Counted from the first letter of the stretch, positions 1 to 37,951 are shown. The stretch is DNA of 64,000 bases from Euglena gracilis (GCA_039621445.1 CP154954.1:29950395-30014394); one strand, 5' to 3'. The notes: generated by a model from the sequence alone, not told the origin. Numbers and translations: made by a program.

Positions 1-1200
1 CTGGCCACCATGGCCTTGCACTTCTTGGCCACCATGGCCGTGCACATGAAATTGAACAGGATTCTGGCCCATATGGCCTTGGTCTCCCCTCCATGGGGCT
101 GTTCTTGACCTTGGTCTCCAGCTCCAATGGAAATCTGGGGGGGCTGCTGTGCCCCCCCTGCTTCCCCTTGGGAGGGGTTGTTGTGTTAGAAAAATTGGGG
201 GGATTTGACAGACCTTTCCTCCCCCTTCCTGTGGGGAGATGCTTGTGGAATTGGCCTCCATGGCCACCACCTTGTCCTTGATTCCATCTCCTGGCAGCTG
301 GTTGGGCTTGTGGGACATGCCCCTGGAATCCTTTGGGTTTCTGTTGTCCCATCTGGCTTGATTTTGGGGCCCCAATGCCCAGATGTTTCTGCCCGTATTG
401 GGCTGGGGGTTCTTTCCTCGTTCTGGTCCTTCTGACCACTGTGGTCCACAGTCCGTGGCCGTCACTGGGTGGGGGTTTTTTCTGGGAATTTTTTGATGAA
501 GGGATCTGGGGGGAAGGGACGGCCACGGTTCGCCACGTTCTGTCCGCATCTCCAGTTTCTCCAGCTGCTGCGGCGACTGCTGCTCCAGGTAGTCCACGTC
601 GAGTGTTTGATGCCAATTTCTTCTCCACAGCATTGTTCATTGAAGTCAGATTTGAAATTGATAATTGGCTTGTCAATTGACACTCGTCAGGTTCGTGTCT
701 TTCTGGATATTCTTATTCTGTTGACTTCTCCTCTTGGTTCTCCTTCGTTCGAGACTCTGTTCCTTTCTTCTGGGTGTCGAAGGGCAAATTAAGAATCAGC
801 CAACTCCGGCGAAAAAAGGCACTAAGCGGGACCTCCTAACCCAACGCACCCAAACAATCCAAACAACACCGCCGGCGAGCAAGGCATGGCCTCACAAGGG
901 CAAAGTGCGGAGCCCGAGGTGTCTGGATGGCATTGATGGCAAAACATTATGCTTATTTTTTGTTTCAAAAGGTTTTCTTTGCACACGCAGCAGCACACCA
1001 CAACAAGGGTGCACCCATTTGGCCCACCAGTGGATGAGCCGAAGACAATTTCGCGAAAGCGTTTATCTTACAAACAATTGGGTGGAGGTTGCAAGGCGGA
1101 CCATTGCAGTCGAAAAGCGGGTGGCCATTTAAAATGTCAATCCAGGGTTTTTCATAAAAATGTGTTGGACCACATTATTGCTCACTGACCCCCCGGGGGG

Positions 1201-1665
1201 CAGGGCAGAACGGGAAGGCCTGGTGGGGGGGGGTCGACCCCCGACCCGGCCCGGGAGGTGGGGGGGGGGGGGGGGGGGGTCGACCCACCCACCACAGCAT
1301 TTTCACCGATTTCGGGAAAATGTGCTACTTTTTAGGGTGGGGAGGGGGTGAAAAAAACGAAGGTCAAAAAAAGTGGACAAAATTTTGGCACAATCAAATT
1401 TTACTGACATTTTTTCTCGTTGATATTTTTTGGACTTTCAATGGCATTTTTTGCTTCAAAAACCTCTCAAAATCAACATTTTGAGAAAATGTTGATTTTT
1501 TTGGAAGGTGTGAAAAAATGGGGTTTCGGGTGGTTTTTGCCCGGAAAAAATTTTTGGGTCCAAAAATTGGTGTTCCCGGAAATACGGGAAGGGGTGGTGG
1601 GGGGGGGGGTGGTCGACCCCCCCACCCACCACCCTGACTGTTCGGCCAATTCCCGTTCTGCCCTG
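1201..1665. mobile_element. hAT-type MITE
   Basis: 16-bp TIR cagggcagaacgggaa/ttcccgttctgccctg; flanks ccgggggg/cccggggg. Confidence 0.7.
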
Positions 1666-3804
1666 CCCGGGGGGGGAAGGGGGTCACTTTCCACCATCCA
1701 CTTCCTGCATTCTCCCCCCCCCACTTCCTGGCTACTCGGGACAAAATGCATCAATATCAATCAATTTTTGGGACCAAAAGCCCCAAAAAATTCCAGCACC
1801 TTTGGCGCAAGAAGGGGCAGAGTTTGGGAGAGTGGGTGGGGCATGGGGGGTCTGCCACCAAAACAAAACCACAAAAAAAACCAGCCACCCTCCCCCCCCC
1901 CCGCTTACTTGGGCTGCGGGAATTGCCAACAAAAAGTTTGACTAGACGGACCGGACTTAGATGTCGAAATTGGTAGCAAAAATTCTGCCGAATTTTTGGG
2001 TCACAAGGTTGACTGAAAAAATTTTGAGGGTTTTAACAGGGGGTGGGGCCGTTTTTGGCTGTTTTGGTCATTTTTGGCCATTCTGGCATTTTTGGCCACT
2101 TTGCCATGATTTTGGGGCATTTTCGGCAATTTTGGTCACTTTTGGCCACCTTTGGTCATCTTTGACCAAAAAATTGAGCACTAATCAGCTGTTTGTCAAA
2201 CTCTTGGACATTTCCATCGATTTGGTCATTTTGGGCAATCTGTGGCCGTTTTTGGGGGCTGTTGCCATTTGTAAACAGAATTTTTGGCACTTTCAGCCAT
2301 TTTATGGTGTTCATCACAACAACTTACAAAGAAAAGGCTTCTCTGAAAAAATCAAATGCCAAATATCACAGAATTCTTCCCACTTGTTGAACAGCATCAT
2401 ATCCAAAGAGTTGGCCATCCCTTTGGCCTAAGGGCGGTCCTCAATGGGTGGTCCTTGAGGGAAAAAAAAAACTTCCCATCCCTTATGGACTGCCCTGCCT
2501 TTGCTCCAAAAATGTCATTTCAGGCACATTGCACCTCCTCTCACTTCAGAGGCAAGAAAAACTTGCAATGAGGCAGGACAAACATGTGCAATATGTGGGA
2601 ATGCATCGTCTTTGTGACGAACATAGGCACTTTTTCCCTGGCCCAAACCCACCCACTTTTTTCAAAACCCCAGGTGCCCACGACCCCCCCGGGGAGTCAA
2701 CCACCCTCCCACCAACCCAAAATCCAGCCAAAATCGGCCGAAAATGGTGAGGAAAATTTTGGGCCCGGCCTCAGCTTGAACCCACACAACAACCCTCGAA
2801 ACCCCCCCCTCGGGGTGCCTTGGGAGGTCACACAAGGTCACAAGTGACACAAGGTCACATAAGTCTCAAGGTCACACAAGTGACCCCCCCCAAGTGAATC
2901 TATGGTTACAAACACAACTGCGGGCTCCCGGTTTTTGACGCATTTGTTTCATACATGTTCTGAGTGTTGACTCGGGCAAGCAAACTAAACTACTGTGGTA
3001 AATACAAAATGGCAGAGTGCTTGAACATCCCTCACCCTCCAAAAAGAGAAAATTATGCTTTCACGGCACATATTCTTTTTTCTGTTTGGATTTGATCCCA
3101 GAACAGCAAAATAAACTATTTTTGGTTGTGAGGAAATGGGCTATTGTGGATGAGGCTGAAAGATCAAAATCAGATTAACCTCAGATGGTGAGGCAGATTG
3201 TGGTTTTAAATCATCTGGTGTGATTCTATGTGATTTGGTATGATTTCACTTTGAATGAAGTTGTTGTTTGTTATTTGTTGTTTGCAAAAATTCTAAGCGG
3301 CACATTTCACATGGCAATTTTTTTCCGTGGCACATTTTGCGAACAACCCTGGTCAATCTCCCAACGTTAATTTCGAGGAAAACGAAACATTGAAAAAGAC
3401 TGGCACTTGCAATGGGTGCCAGCATGACCCAAAGGGATCAGATGTGGATGAACATGAATGTGCCTCAGCACCTGAATGGTAATGAGGTGGCAAAAACCAC
3501 CATCAGGCATGGCAACAGAGATGTGCGAAGACAACGTGCTACCCTACCCACCCCACAAGAAAAATGCCTGTATACACAAATGTCAACGTCTGGCGAATTT
3601 TCGCCCAGCCGTTTCCAAAAAAAATAATTCCGAGATTGTCAGGGAAACCAAATTGGCGGGTGAAGAGGAGGCCAACTTCTGGGGGGGGGGGGGGGGCGAA
3701 CTGGCTGGTTGCGTCATCACTGAATGAACCTGGAGCAAAATCTCTGTTTTCGCTGGGCAATGCTTGCAATCACTTGATGCTCAATGGAGTGGTGTGTCTA
3801 CCCT

Positions 3805-27066
<23,262 letters not shown>

Positions 27067-27107
27067 CTGTAGATCGATCCTGAGAAAGAAATGGAGAGAG
27101 AAAAAGG
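27067..27107 (-). promoter_or_regulatory. Polypyrimidine tract plus AG acceptor upstream of the MAPK ATG (candidate spliced-leader trans-splice site)
   Basis: Minus strand reads cctttttctctctccatttctttctcAG|gatcgatctacAG|ATG. Confidence 0.6.
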
Positions 27108-28659
27108 TACCAAAAAGTGTCCAAAGGGGTTTGTAGACATGTGGTAATCATATTTGAGTTTTGGGGGGTCTTCCGGAAATTGGGTTTTTGAACAACAATT
27201 TCCTTTTGGCCAATTTTGGGCAATATGCAACCTGAACTGTGGGTTTTGACAAATTAATATGTCAAATTTTGGAATACACGATCGCTGAAAATAAGAGCTA
27301 TGTGCATTATGGCCGAATTCCATCTGCTGAAAGCTTTCGATTGATGGGCATCAGGGATTGATGGGTATTTGGGGCGAAATTGGCCGTGATTCCCATCTGG
27401 GACACAGCTGAAAAGGTTTTCTAGGGGGATCCGGGTTCACGCCCGAACTGCCGGTTCGGGCTGACACCCGAACTGGCGTCCCAGGCACCAGGTTCACGCC
27501 CAAACCGGCGTTTGGGACACAGTTCTCGATATGGAAACCGTGTATCAGGGGCTCTGGCTTCACGCCTGAACCGGAAAAGAAAAGCATGGTCAAAAAAAAA
27601 AAGAACCGTGTTTTCTTTTTCCAAAAAAAACCCAACAAACGCCATTGAAGGTACACGGCAAAAAAAATCTCTTTAATTTCAGCCCAAGTCCCCAAAACCC
27701 AGGCACAGCTCCTTGTACCCAAAAAAATTTGCAAAAGATGCTTTATCCAGGACAGTCTTCACCAAGTTTGGGCACCACGGGCCAGTATTTTGTACTTGGA
27801 GCCGGTGTTTTCGGCACTCAGGGCCGACATTTTCGGGTTTAGCTGTAAACATAGAAAAGCAAAAAAAAAGTGAGCTGACGTCTTGGGTGAGGAGTGCCAA
27901 TTTATGGGATTTGGGGTTTTGAGGTTGCCAGGATTATGATAATTGGCTGAAAATTGAAAACTGAAAATTGGGTTCGGGAGGGAACTTGATCAGTGAGCCC
28001 TGTAACAAAAAAGCAACATCAAATGCCACTTGGAAACTGGAAAAAACCACCTGTTCCCCACCACTTCACGATGGGACCTCTGAGCCCAAAGGGAACAGGG
28101 GGGGGGATCGGTCCCCCCCCCCCCCGAGCCGTTCCCAACCCGAACCTCGGACACTCATTCAATCATTTTGGCAAGTTTTTTTGGTTTTTGGGATGTTCGC
28201 AAAAAATGGATAATTTCAAGCACATTTGCCAAAAGGTGATTTTTAAACGTCCCCCAAAACGACGATTTTTGAACACTTTTTGGGGTTTTCTTTTAAAAAA
28301 GTGCTCTGACAGTGAGCTACTCCCGTCCCGCCTGGGGGAATCGCTCGGGGGGGGGGGGCAATGGTGCAGTGTTGGAAGGGGGTCTGTTTTTATTCGGCAT
28401 GGTTCGGCACGGCTCGACACGTGTGTCGAGCGTGTCGTGCACGTGCAAGCGCGTGGCCCATGTCGGCATGCTATTTGTCGTTTGGAAGGGCTACCCCAGC
28501 AATTGCACCCACCTGTCACTGGATGGTTTCACTTCTTGGTCTGTCATCCAGCGGAATGTGATCGCGAGCAGAGACGGTCCTAATTCCTGAAGGGTTCATC
28601 CTATTGAATTTAGCGAACCCTGTCCTTTGTCCTTTGTCCTTTGTCCTTTGTCCTTTGTT

Positions 28660-31600
28660 CTTGTCCTTTTCCAAAGGCTGCAGCCGGGCCTGACGGTCTG
28701 CGACCACAACATCTACAAGACGTGGTGCGACTGGATTCGGGGGCTGCATCCCAGGTGCTTTCTGCTTTGAACACATTCACAAAGGCGGCGCTGGAGGGGT
28801 CATTGCCAATGCCATCAATGCAGTTCATCTCCTCGGCATGCCTGATTCCATTGCGGAAGGACGGGCCGGTAGGTGACGTGAATGTGGACCCATTGCAGTG
28901 GGAAACACAATCCGTCGGTTTGTTGGCAAGTTTGCGATGAATTCGACCTGTGTGAAGCAACGTGCAGCAGAATTACACCCCAAGCAGTGCGGCGTTGCAA
29001 CGAAAGGGGCATGCGAGACGATTGCACAGGATTGCAGGCACCGGTGGAAGCAGGTGGCAATGCTTTGGCAATCCTGCAAGTGGATCTGCAGAACACATTC
29101 AATGCCATTGATCGGCAAGCGCTCCTGAGTGCAGTACGCAAGCGGGCCCCAGAGCTGGAAGCGTGGGCCCGATTGTCGTATTCTTCTCACTCTGCATTGT
29201 ACCTCCAAGGCCACAAAATGTCCAGTGAACAAGGGGTGCAACAACGAGATCCTTTGGGTCCCCTCTTCTTCGCCCTGACTTGGCAAGATGTGGTGATGGC
29301 GCTCCCGAGTGACTTGACAATGAATGTGTGGTACCTGGATGATGGGCATCTTGTTGGGACACCGGAGGCGCTGGCTTCAGCCTTGGCAATCATCCAGGCG
29401 AGCAGCATCAATGTGGGTGTCCGGCTCAACCTTCAGAAGTGTCGCCTCTGGGGCCCAGCCCAGTTGGACCAAACATTGGTGGCCCATCAACTCCTCGGCT
29501 CCATTCCCCGTGTCCCATGGGAGCCCGGGCAAGGCTTGAGAGTCCTCGGCTTTCCGGTGGAGTACCCAACCACGACAACGTTTCGCCGGAAGGAGATGCA
29601 AGAAGTGGTGGACAAACTTGAAGAATCGTGCCACGTCTTGAGTAACCTGGGCGACCCACAGTGCCAGCACATTTTGCTCCGGTACTGTCTGGGTCCTTGC
29701 AAGGTCATGCATTTCCTTCGCGCTTTGCGGTCAGACGCCTTGCAGCCTGCAAGGCGTCTGACCGCAAGGCGCGAAGGAAATGCAGCGAAATGCAGCGAAT
29801 TTTTCAAGGTTGAATTATTCGAGTTTTTCGTGAGCAAAATTTCCAAAAAATCCGCAGGGTGAAGCACTGCAACAGGGATGTGTTTTTTTCGCCACCGGCC
29901 AAAGTCGCCGGCGGCATTTTCGAGGTACTCGAAGAAAGAAAAACACCATCGAGAGGTAATTCAGATGAATTTTGCCTTCCGTCTGCGGAAAATCCCGTCG
30001 GTGACAAAAAAAAAAGATTTTTTGTTGCCGGCCCCCCGGCTGTTGCAGAAGTCCACCTTTACTCGGCAGAAACCCTCCCGATTAAATGAACAAAAAACCA
30101 ACCCCGTCCCCCAGACAACCCCACCCCGTAACGGGGGGGGGGACTTAAAGCCGAAAAAATTGGTGCCAAACCGGAAAACAGCCAGAAAAAATTGGCAGGT
30201 TTTGTTTGCAAGATGATGGAAAAAGGGTGATTTTGAAAATTTTGAGGCAGGATTTTCAAAAAGGGCCGGGAAAATTTGGCCCGTACGCCAACATTCTCTA
30301 TCTGGCCCAAAACTGGCCAGCAGGTGGCCCAAAACTGGCCAGCATGTGGCCCAAAACTGGCCAGTCTGCCCAAAAGTGGCCAGCACGTGTGGCCCAAAAC
30401 TGGCCACCAATCTGGCCCAAAACCGGCCAGCATGTGGCCCAAAACTGGCCAGCACTTCTGCCCAAAACTGTGGCCCAAAACTGGCCACCAATCTGGCCCG
30501 AAATTGGCCAGCATGTGGCCCAAAACTGGCCAGCACTTCTGCCCAAAACTGGCCAGCACATATGGCCGAAAACTGGCCACCAAATCTGGCCCAAAACTGG
30601 CCAGTTCTTTGCCATTGAAAAGCAAACAGGAAGAGCAACAGGAACCAGAAAACACACACATTGTTGGCCGTAATGCAAACTGAGCAGTTTAGCAGGGACA
30701 TGCTCAGGTCCAGATTACCAACCTCCTTCCAATAAGTTCATTTCAAGCGTGATAGACTTGAGTTATTTCTTGTCGTGAGATCTGCAACAGAGAAAAATGT
30801 ACATTCACTGAAAGAATTGGCAAATTCACCATATGCTCCTGCATCCCGCTGGCATCTTGGAGTTGTCTGCACAGTTCACAAAAGCAATCTCTGATGAATT
30901 AGGAATACCCAAATTCGCGTTCCGCGATTTTTGAAATTCGAATTTTTCGAATTTTTCAATTGAAATGAAAAATTCCCAAAATTTCGAAATTTGCCGAACC
31001 TTGCTTGCAGGGCCCTCTTCAAGCAGCAGATCGGGTCATCCGCAGAGCATGGGACGACACCATCGGCCAGCCATCGACAAGTGAATCCCAGTGGCCCAAT
31101 GCAGCTTGCCACTCCGCATGGCAGGGCTGGGAATCAAGGTCCCCACCGTCCTCCAAGCACCAGCACGGATGGCAGGCATTTTGTGTGCACATTTTGTTTT
31201 TTTTGCCTCCCTTCGTCAATGATGGAAATTTACCCCCCCCCCCCTTATTGTCCCACCGACCTCCCCCCGGGAGGCCCGACCGGACAATATGGGGGGGGGG
31301 GACAATATGGGGGTACCAAAGGAATTTCATTGGCTGAGCCAAAAAAACCCCCCGTCGGCCGGGGCCGGGGACAACATGGGGGGGGGACAATAGGGGGAGT
31401 GGTAGGTTGGATTTGTGTTTTTTTTTAAAAAAACATGTTTTTTTGTTTTTTTTAAAAAACCCAAAAAAACGTCAACCCTGACCCTGCATGTCCATGGGTC
31501 CATGGGTAACCCCCCCCCCCCCTAATTGTCGCCCCCCCCAAGGGGGGGGACTATTAGGGGGGGGTGACAAATAGGGGGGGGTCACGTTAAACAACATCCG

Positions 31601-32345
31601 GAAGGTGTTCCCCCGGCGCCCCCCCCCACGTCCCCCCCCCGCGTCCCCCCCCCCCTGGATCCCTTCGGGGACCATTTGCTATGCTGCAAAAAAAACAAAC
31701 TCGTCTTGCGCCACAATGCAGTACGAGATGCGCTAGCAATGGTCCTCCGGGAGAATGGTGTCCACACAAGGACAGAGGTGGCCGTCGGTATCTGGCACTT
31801 GATGGAGTGGATCCTGCGGGGCCCTTGGCGGTGGACCTTGTCGTCTTTCACCCGCTCCAAAAAGGGTTGTTCTGGGAAGAAGACCTAGCAGTGAAGAACA
31901 TGGCTAGGCAGAACACAAGAAGATCACCAAAAACCAGCCAATATGCGAGTCAGCCGGATGGCTGTTCAGTCCACTGTCATTCTACCCATGTTCAGGTCTG
32001 GGCCCCCTGGGCTCAGGGCTACTTGGCCGGCTGGTGAAGCAAGCACTGGGCGACAAGCAAGGCCGGGCAAGGCAACACTTGGCCCAAGACATTTGGCACC
32101 GTATATCCTCGGCATTGATGGCGTTTGTGGCTGAGCAACTCTCTGCTGTGTTGGCAGCACGAGGGCACGAGGAGCTCCCGCTAACATTAGTGCCGCGGGA
32201 TGCACCACCGCCCAGGACAGCACCAGGCCCACAACGAGGAACCTCGGTGGCGGCGGTGGATATGCAAGGATGGCAAAGAGCATCCATGACCGAAGATGGA
32301 ATGAGTGTGGGCCCCATCCGCATCCAATGCGCACGGCCGAGGTGA
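28660..32345 (+). mobile_element. Degraded CRE-clade non-LTR retrotransposon interrupted by MITEs
   Basis: AAGPDGLRPQHL, CLIPLRK, QVDLQNTFNAIDR, GVQQRDPLGP, WYLDDG (28660-29740); resumes near 31000-31180 and 31660-32345 (DPFGDHLLCC, RHNAVRDAL, LAVDLVVFHP). Frameshifted; boundaries approximate. Confidence 0.85.
30300..30605. repeat. Minisatellite built on tggcccaaaactggcca
   Basis: Many degenerate consecutive copies. Confidence 0.85.
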
Positions 32346-34355
32346 GAAACCTCGCAGATGGTAGCACCCCCCCCCAAAAAAAGAAAGGGCCCACGCCCCT
32401 CAGGGTCAAGCCAACGGAAATCGAAGTGAAACCGCCCAAGTGACAGGCGGGTGCAACGGCACGCGGTGACCGTCCCGACGGCAAAAGAACAGCACGCCGA
32501 CACGGGCGACGCGCGAGCACGGGAGCCGCGCGGGACGCGCGCCGTGCCGTGCCGTGCCGTGCTGTGCCGTGCCTAAAAAAAAAATCACCTGCATTGATGT
32601 CACCATCCGCCATACACAGATACCATGCCCCCCCCCATATTGTACCCCCCCCATAATGTACCCCCCCCACGGGGTACCCCCCCACCATGGAGCACATGAC
32701 ACCCTTGTGGCCGCCTACCCCCATATTTCCTGTACCCCCCCCCATAATGCACCTCCCCCCCAGAAAATGGCTCCCAGGGGGGGGGGTACAATATGGGGGG
32801 GCACATCGTGTATAGAACATGGGGGCGGGCACATCGGTGTAGAAGAAAAGTGTAGATGTTTTGTAGAAACAATTTTTTCTCGGGGGGGGCGAGATCCTGG
32901 GCCCGAAGCGAAGTTAGCGCCGGCCATAAACAGAAAAATTCCAAAAATAGCACTTTTTCAAAAATTTTCAGTATATCCCACTCCCCCCTGGGGGGATCCC
33001 CCCCGGGTGGGGGGGGGGGGGCTCGGCCGGACTTAAAAAAAACCTATTAACCCCCCCCAAATAATACCCCCCCCAAATGGTAAATTTCAGAAGAAAGTGC
33101 AAAAAATGACCCCAAAGGGGGTTTTGGGTGCTATTTTGGGTTTTACGGGACTTCGACAAATTTCGAAATTTTGGAAAAATAATGCCTCCCCTCGGGCCGG
33201 GACTTCGGGCAAAAAAATAATACCCCGGGGGGGTATTATTTACCAACGTTGTGGGTGTGTGTGTGTTGTTTTCTTTCTTTTTTTTGCTGCCCGGGCGGCG
33301 AGACGGTTGCGCTTTTTTGAAAGCAGGCATTGAACGCGACAAAAAAATGTGGAATTTTTTTGGCATCATGGCGCACAACATGCTTTTTTTTAAAAAAGCA
33401 AAAAAATGTTGTTTTTTTGGGAAAAGAAAAAATTGGCCTTTTTCCTTGCAAAATGGCTTTTTTGAGGAAAAAGTTCCAAAGTCATTTTTTTGGTCATCAA
33501 AGTGACGTTTTTTTTTCAGTTTTTCCAGACCCTTCATTCCTTTGTAACCATGAATTGAGGCCCGGCGCTTGCCCTGTATTTCGTGGGTGTGAACACGAAA
33601 TACAGGGCGTTATTTTGGATTCACGAATACAGGCTGTATTCGTGAATAGGGTATTCACAAAATACAGGCTGTATTTTGTGAATTGGATTTTTTTGTGTGT
33701 TTAAAACAGCTTTTGAAACTGGAAACCTCCTTGCATCACATCGTCCGAAGTGATTCAGAAAAAAAAAGCAAATGCACAAAGCAAAAGAAAATTGAATGCG
33801 ATAATGGCCATTATGGCATATCCGGGGTGATAAATGAAGGCGGTGCACAACTAGTGCAACGTAAGACATAAAAAAATGTTCAAAAATTTTTTCACCCAAA
33901 CCCTCCAAGACGTTTTTTTTTGTTTTTTTTTCAAAAAAACATGTTTTTTTTGTTTCAAAGAAAAACAAGCCGTCAACCTTGCACAAATCCATCATAATTT
34001 GGAAGCTGCCAACGGGAGGCAAGCAAAAAGAGATTGCCTCCCAAAACCCGCCCCCTCCGGGCCATTTTGAATGAAACAAAAAAATACATTGCCGCCCGAA
34101 GGGCGGCTGGACGGTAGTGCTATTTTCCCTTCAAGTCCATGAGTTTTGGGCTTGGTTGGCCGCCCGAAGGGCGGCGAGACGGTAGCGATGTCTAACAGTT
34201 GGAACTCGTGTTCAAAAAAATACTAAAAATTCGGGGGGGGCGTCGGGGGGGGCGAGAGACAACTTTTCTGAAAATTTTCTCGGGGGGGGCGAAAAAATCT
34301 CGGGGGGGGGCGGTCGCCCCCCCCGCCCCCCCAGTTCCTACACCAATGGGGGGGC

Positions 34356-34733
34356 ATGGTACCAAGCAACCCCCTGGCTCAAGCTTCTCAACTCCAGGCT
34401 TGGCAAGAAAGACAAGAAAAGGACAAACATCGCAAATATGATGCCGCTTGCGCGCACCGTGGTTGGAGGCTTAAAGCCTTTGTCCTCGACTGTTTTGGCG
34501 GAATGGGCCAAGAAGGCCGCACGTTGATGTCCACCCTCCTGAAAGCCCTGTTGGGGCAACGGGAGGGATGGCTCCAACGGCAAGTAGAAGCAGATGTGTG
34601 GCAAGGGTTATCCCTTACGCTGGCAAAAGAAATCTCAAAACAATTGGTCTGGAGCTTCTTCAATGACCTCTCCACTGACTTCCAAATGGACACTCCAGTT
34701 TACACAGCCTCTCATGTTCCATACTCTTCGTAA
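34356..34733 (+). mobile_element. CRE-clade retrotransposon 3' fragment (end of RLE domain)
   Basis: EKDKHRKY...AFVLDCFGGMG...WQGLSLTLAK, homologous in pattern to the C-terminus of the 50178-52343 ORF. Confidence 0.75.
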
Positions 34734-37100
34734 CCGACCAGAAGCCTCAAGCTTGAACCCCCCATTGCCCTCAAAGCAACCATACCTAACACAGTCACAA
34801 AACACATACAACCAGGACGCTGGATCCTCATCACCGAGCTACTGACACATTCACGCCACGGATGGCACGGAGTCAAAGAAAACACAGGGGGAGCACGCCG
34901 TCGGCCAGCCGTCGGCCAGCCGTCGGCCAGCCGTGTGACTCACAGGAAAATGACCCGAGCCACAGCCTTGCAATGCAGAAACGATTTCGCCGGAGATCTC
35001 CCTTCAAGGTCATGTTCATCGTTGGTGGAGGCTGCATTTTTGCCCATTTGAAGTCATTTTTCGTCAATTTTTGTCAATTTTGCCATTTTTGGACTTTTTT
35101 GACCAATTTTGAACATTTCCTTTTTGGGGGGTGGTCATTCTACAGTCATTGTGAAGGGTTATTTGCCTACATATTACCATGGGGGTTGAGCCCCCGCGTC
35201 CCCCCCGCGTCCCCCCCCGCGTCCCCCCCGCGTCCCCACCAAGTGGCTTTTCGATGAAACCGTCTGAGGTTTAGGATTTTTTTTGTGAAAATGTTGGACT
35301 GCCAGTCAAGCAACCCCTACTGGTTTTGCAAAGAGTGCCCATTTGCTTCTTCTTTTTTGTTCGGCATAATCAATGCTAATCGTAGACTGTCCCCCCTCAA
35401 CCATTGCGCACACTTCCATTTTGTATCCTTTTTTTGTGGACACCGTTCCCATCGCCCGTTTTGGCGGATCTATTACCAAAAATTATCAGCCAAAGTATGC
35501 GGGGAACGTTTGTAAAATGCAAGTTTGTCTGGTTTTCTGGGCCAACGGCTCCGGGAGCGAAAACACCCCATGGAAAAGACATTGCCCCAAAGAATTTTTA
35601 GGCATGAGTTTGGCCTCGTGGATGGGGCCCACAATACCCCCCCCTAAATGACCCCCCCCCCTAGATGACCCCCCTGGGGGGGTCATCTAGGGGGGGGGGT
35701 CATAGAGCAGAGCAATTTTTCAAGGGGAAAAGTATCCCCCCCCCTAAATGACCCCCCTAGATGACCCTTTGGGGGGTCCTGAAGCAACATTAATAGGGTC
35801 ATTTAGGGGGGGGTAAAATTGTCAGCTTCATTGCACCATTTGGATTCATGCATTCTTTTTTTAAAAAAACCCAACTTCATGTTTGGTTTTGATTGAATGA
35901 GGGGCTAATTCTTAAGAAGGGTGGAATCAACATCAACACAAATACAATCCTTGTCCGAAACTGCACGAGGCAAATTCCCATTTTTATGATATGCCGCCAA
36001 ATTTGGAATTTTTTGAGGATGGGGCCCCCCCATTTGAACCCCCCCCATTTGAACCACCCGAGCATTTGGGTTGGTTAAAAAAAATTTCAGGCACTGAAAT
36101 TTTTTTGCCCTTGAACCAATTTACACATGGCGCGAAGCGCCGAAGGAAAAATTTCAGCGTTTTTGGGTACCTGGAAAATGCGGGCCCGGGTCGGTCAAAA
36201 AAATGTTATTTCATGGTACCCAGAATGGTGGTGCCCCCGCGTCCCCCCCCGCGTCCCCCCCGCGTCCCCAAAACCCCCCACGCCCCCCCCCCCCCCCCGG
36301 GCTATTCCCGTCCCCGGGACCCTTTACGGCCCAATGGGAACAGTACGGGGGGGAACAGCTCGGGGGGGGGGGGACCTAGGTCCCCCCCCCCGAGCTATTC
36401 CCATACCCGACCCTCGGGCAACCCAAAAGGGGTCATTTTTGGCACCTTTTTTGGATGTTCGCAAAAAATGGTCAATTTTGTGCACATTTGCCAACAGGTT
36501 ATTTTTGAAAATGGTCCAAAAACGTCGTGCTGTGACAGTGAGCTATTCCCGTACCCCCAATGGGAATAGCTCGGGGGGGGGGGATAGCTTGGGGGGGGGG
36601 GTGATGTCCAACTGGCAAAATTACCTAATAATGGACGAAGGTACCAAATAATGGACAAAAAAAGGCTCAAATATTGTGTGAAATGGTTTCAAATGACCCA
36701 AAATTTTACACAAAATTTGGCATTTGCCACTCAAAATTAGGAATTTACACATGAAATTAGGAATTTCCTCCTCAAAATTAGGAATTTGCCACTCAAAATT
36801 CGGAACTGGCACGCCAAATTAGGCATTTGCCACCCATATGATATAGACAACCCGACCCAGCTTCCGTCACGCCGTCGGCCAGCCGTCGGCCAGCCGTCGG
36901 CCAGCCGTGTGCTCCCCAACACAAAACCCCGACACAAACACGCCATCCCGTGGCAAAAGAGTTACAAACACCCCCCTCGCCCAATATATATATTGAAGGT
37001 GACCTTTCCTCTAACCTCCGCACCCTGAACAGATCACTCTACACTCTTTTGTACATTACACCCACAGTATAAGCAACCCGCGACCTGTGGCGGCACACCT

Positions 37101-37951
37101 CTGGGGGAGCACACGGCTGGCCGACGGCTGGCCGACGGCTGGCCGACGGCGTGACGGAAGCCAGGTCGGGTTGTCTATCTCATATGGGTGGCAAATGCCT
37201 AATTTGGCGTGCCAGTTGCGAATTTTGAGTGGCAAATTCCTAATTTTGAGGAGGAAATTCCTAATTTCATGTGTAAATTCCTAATTTTGAGTGGCAAATG
37301 CCTAATTTTGTGTAAAATCCCGTTTTCATGTGGAAAATGCACAATTTTGGCTGGCATGAGTGGCATATGTATATTTCAGGGCAAAAATTGCATAGTTTCA
37401 ACACCAAATGCCAAAATTTGGTGTGGAAATGCTTCATGTTGGGTGCCAAATCTTAATTTCGGATGTGCACTTTTGAATTATCTTTCGAAGTCTACAAGAG
37501 GGGCTACAATTTTGAATTTTTGGCCACTTGAAACCATTTCACGTGCCATTTCATGAGCCTTTTTTTTTGTCCATTTTTAGGTACCTTTGTCCATTATTAG
37601 GTAATTTTGCCAGTGGGACATCAGCTGAGCATTTTTAAGTCATTCAAATGATATGTAGGCAAATAACCCTTCACAATGACTGTATAATGACCCAAAAAAT
37701 AGGCTGAAATGGTCAAAATTGGTCAAAAAAAGTCCAAAAATGGCAAAATTGACAAAAATTGACCAAAAATGACTTCAAATGGGCAAAAATGCAGCCTCCA
37801 CCAACGATGAACATGACCTTGAAGGGATATTGGCGGCGAAATTGTTTTTCCATTACAAGGCTGTGGCTCGGGTCATTTTCCTGTGAGTCACACGGCTGGC
37901 CGACGGCTGGCCGACGGCTGGCCGACGGCTGGCCGACGGCGTGCTCCCCCT
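37101..37951. mobile_element. MITE with gggggagcac termini and (cggctggccga)n subterminal repeats
   Basis: An inverted, interrupted second copy spans about 34885-36918. No clean TSD found. Confidence 0.65.

Noticed and set aside
93-790. Possible minus-strand coding remnant (LDVDYLEQQSPQQLEKLEMR; Gly/Gln-rich)
   Set aside because: No recognisable domain, broken frames, and it lies at the window edge.
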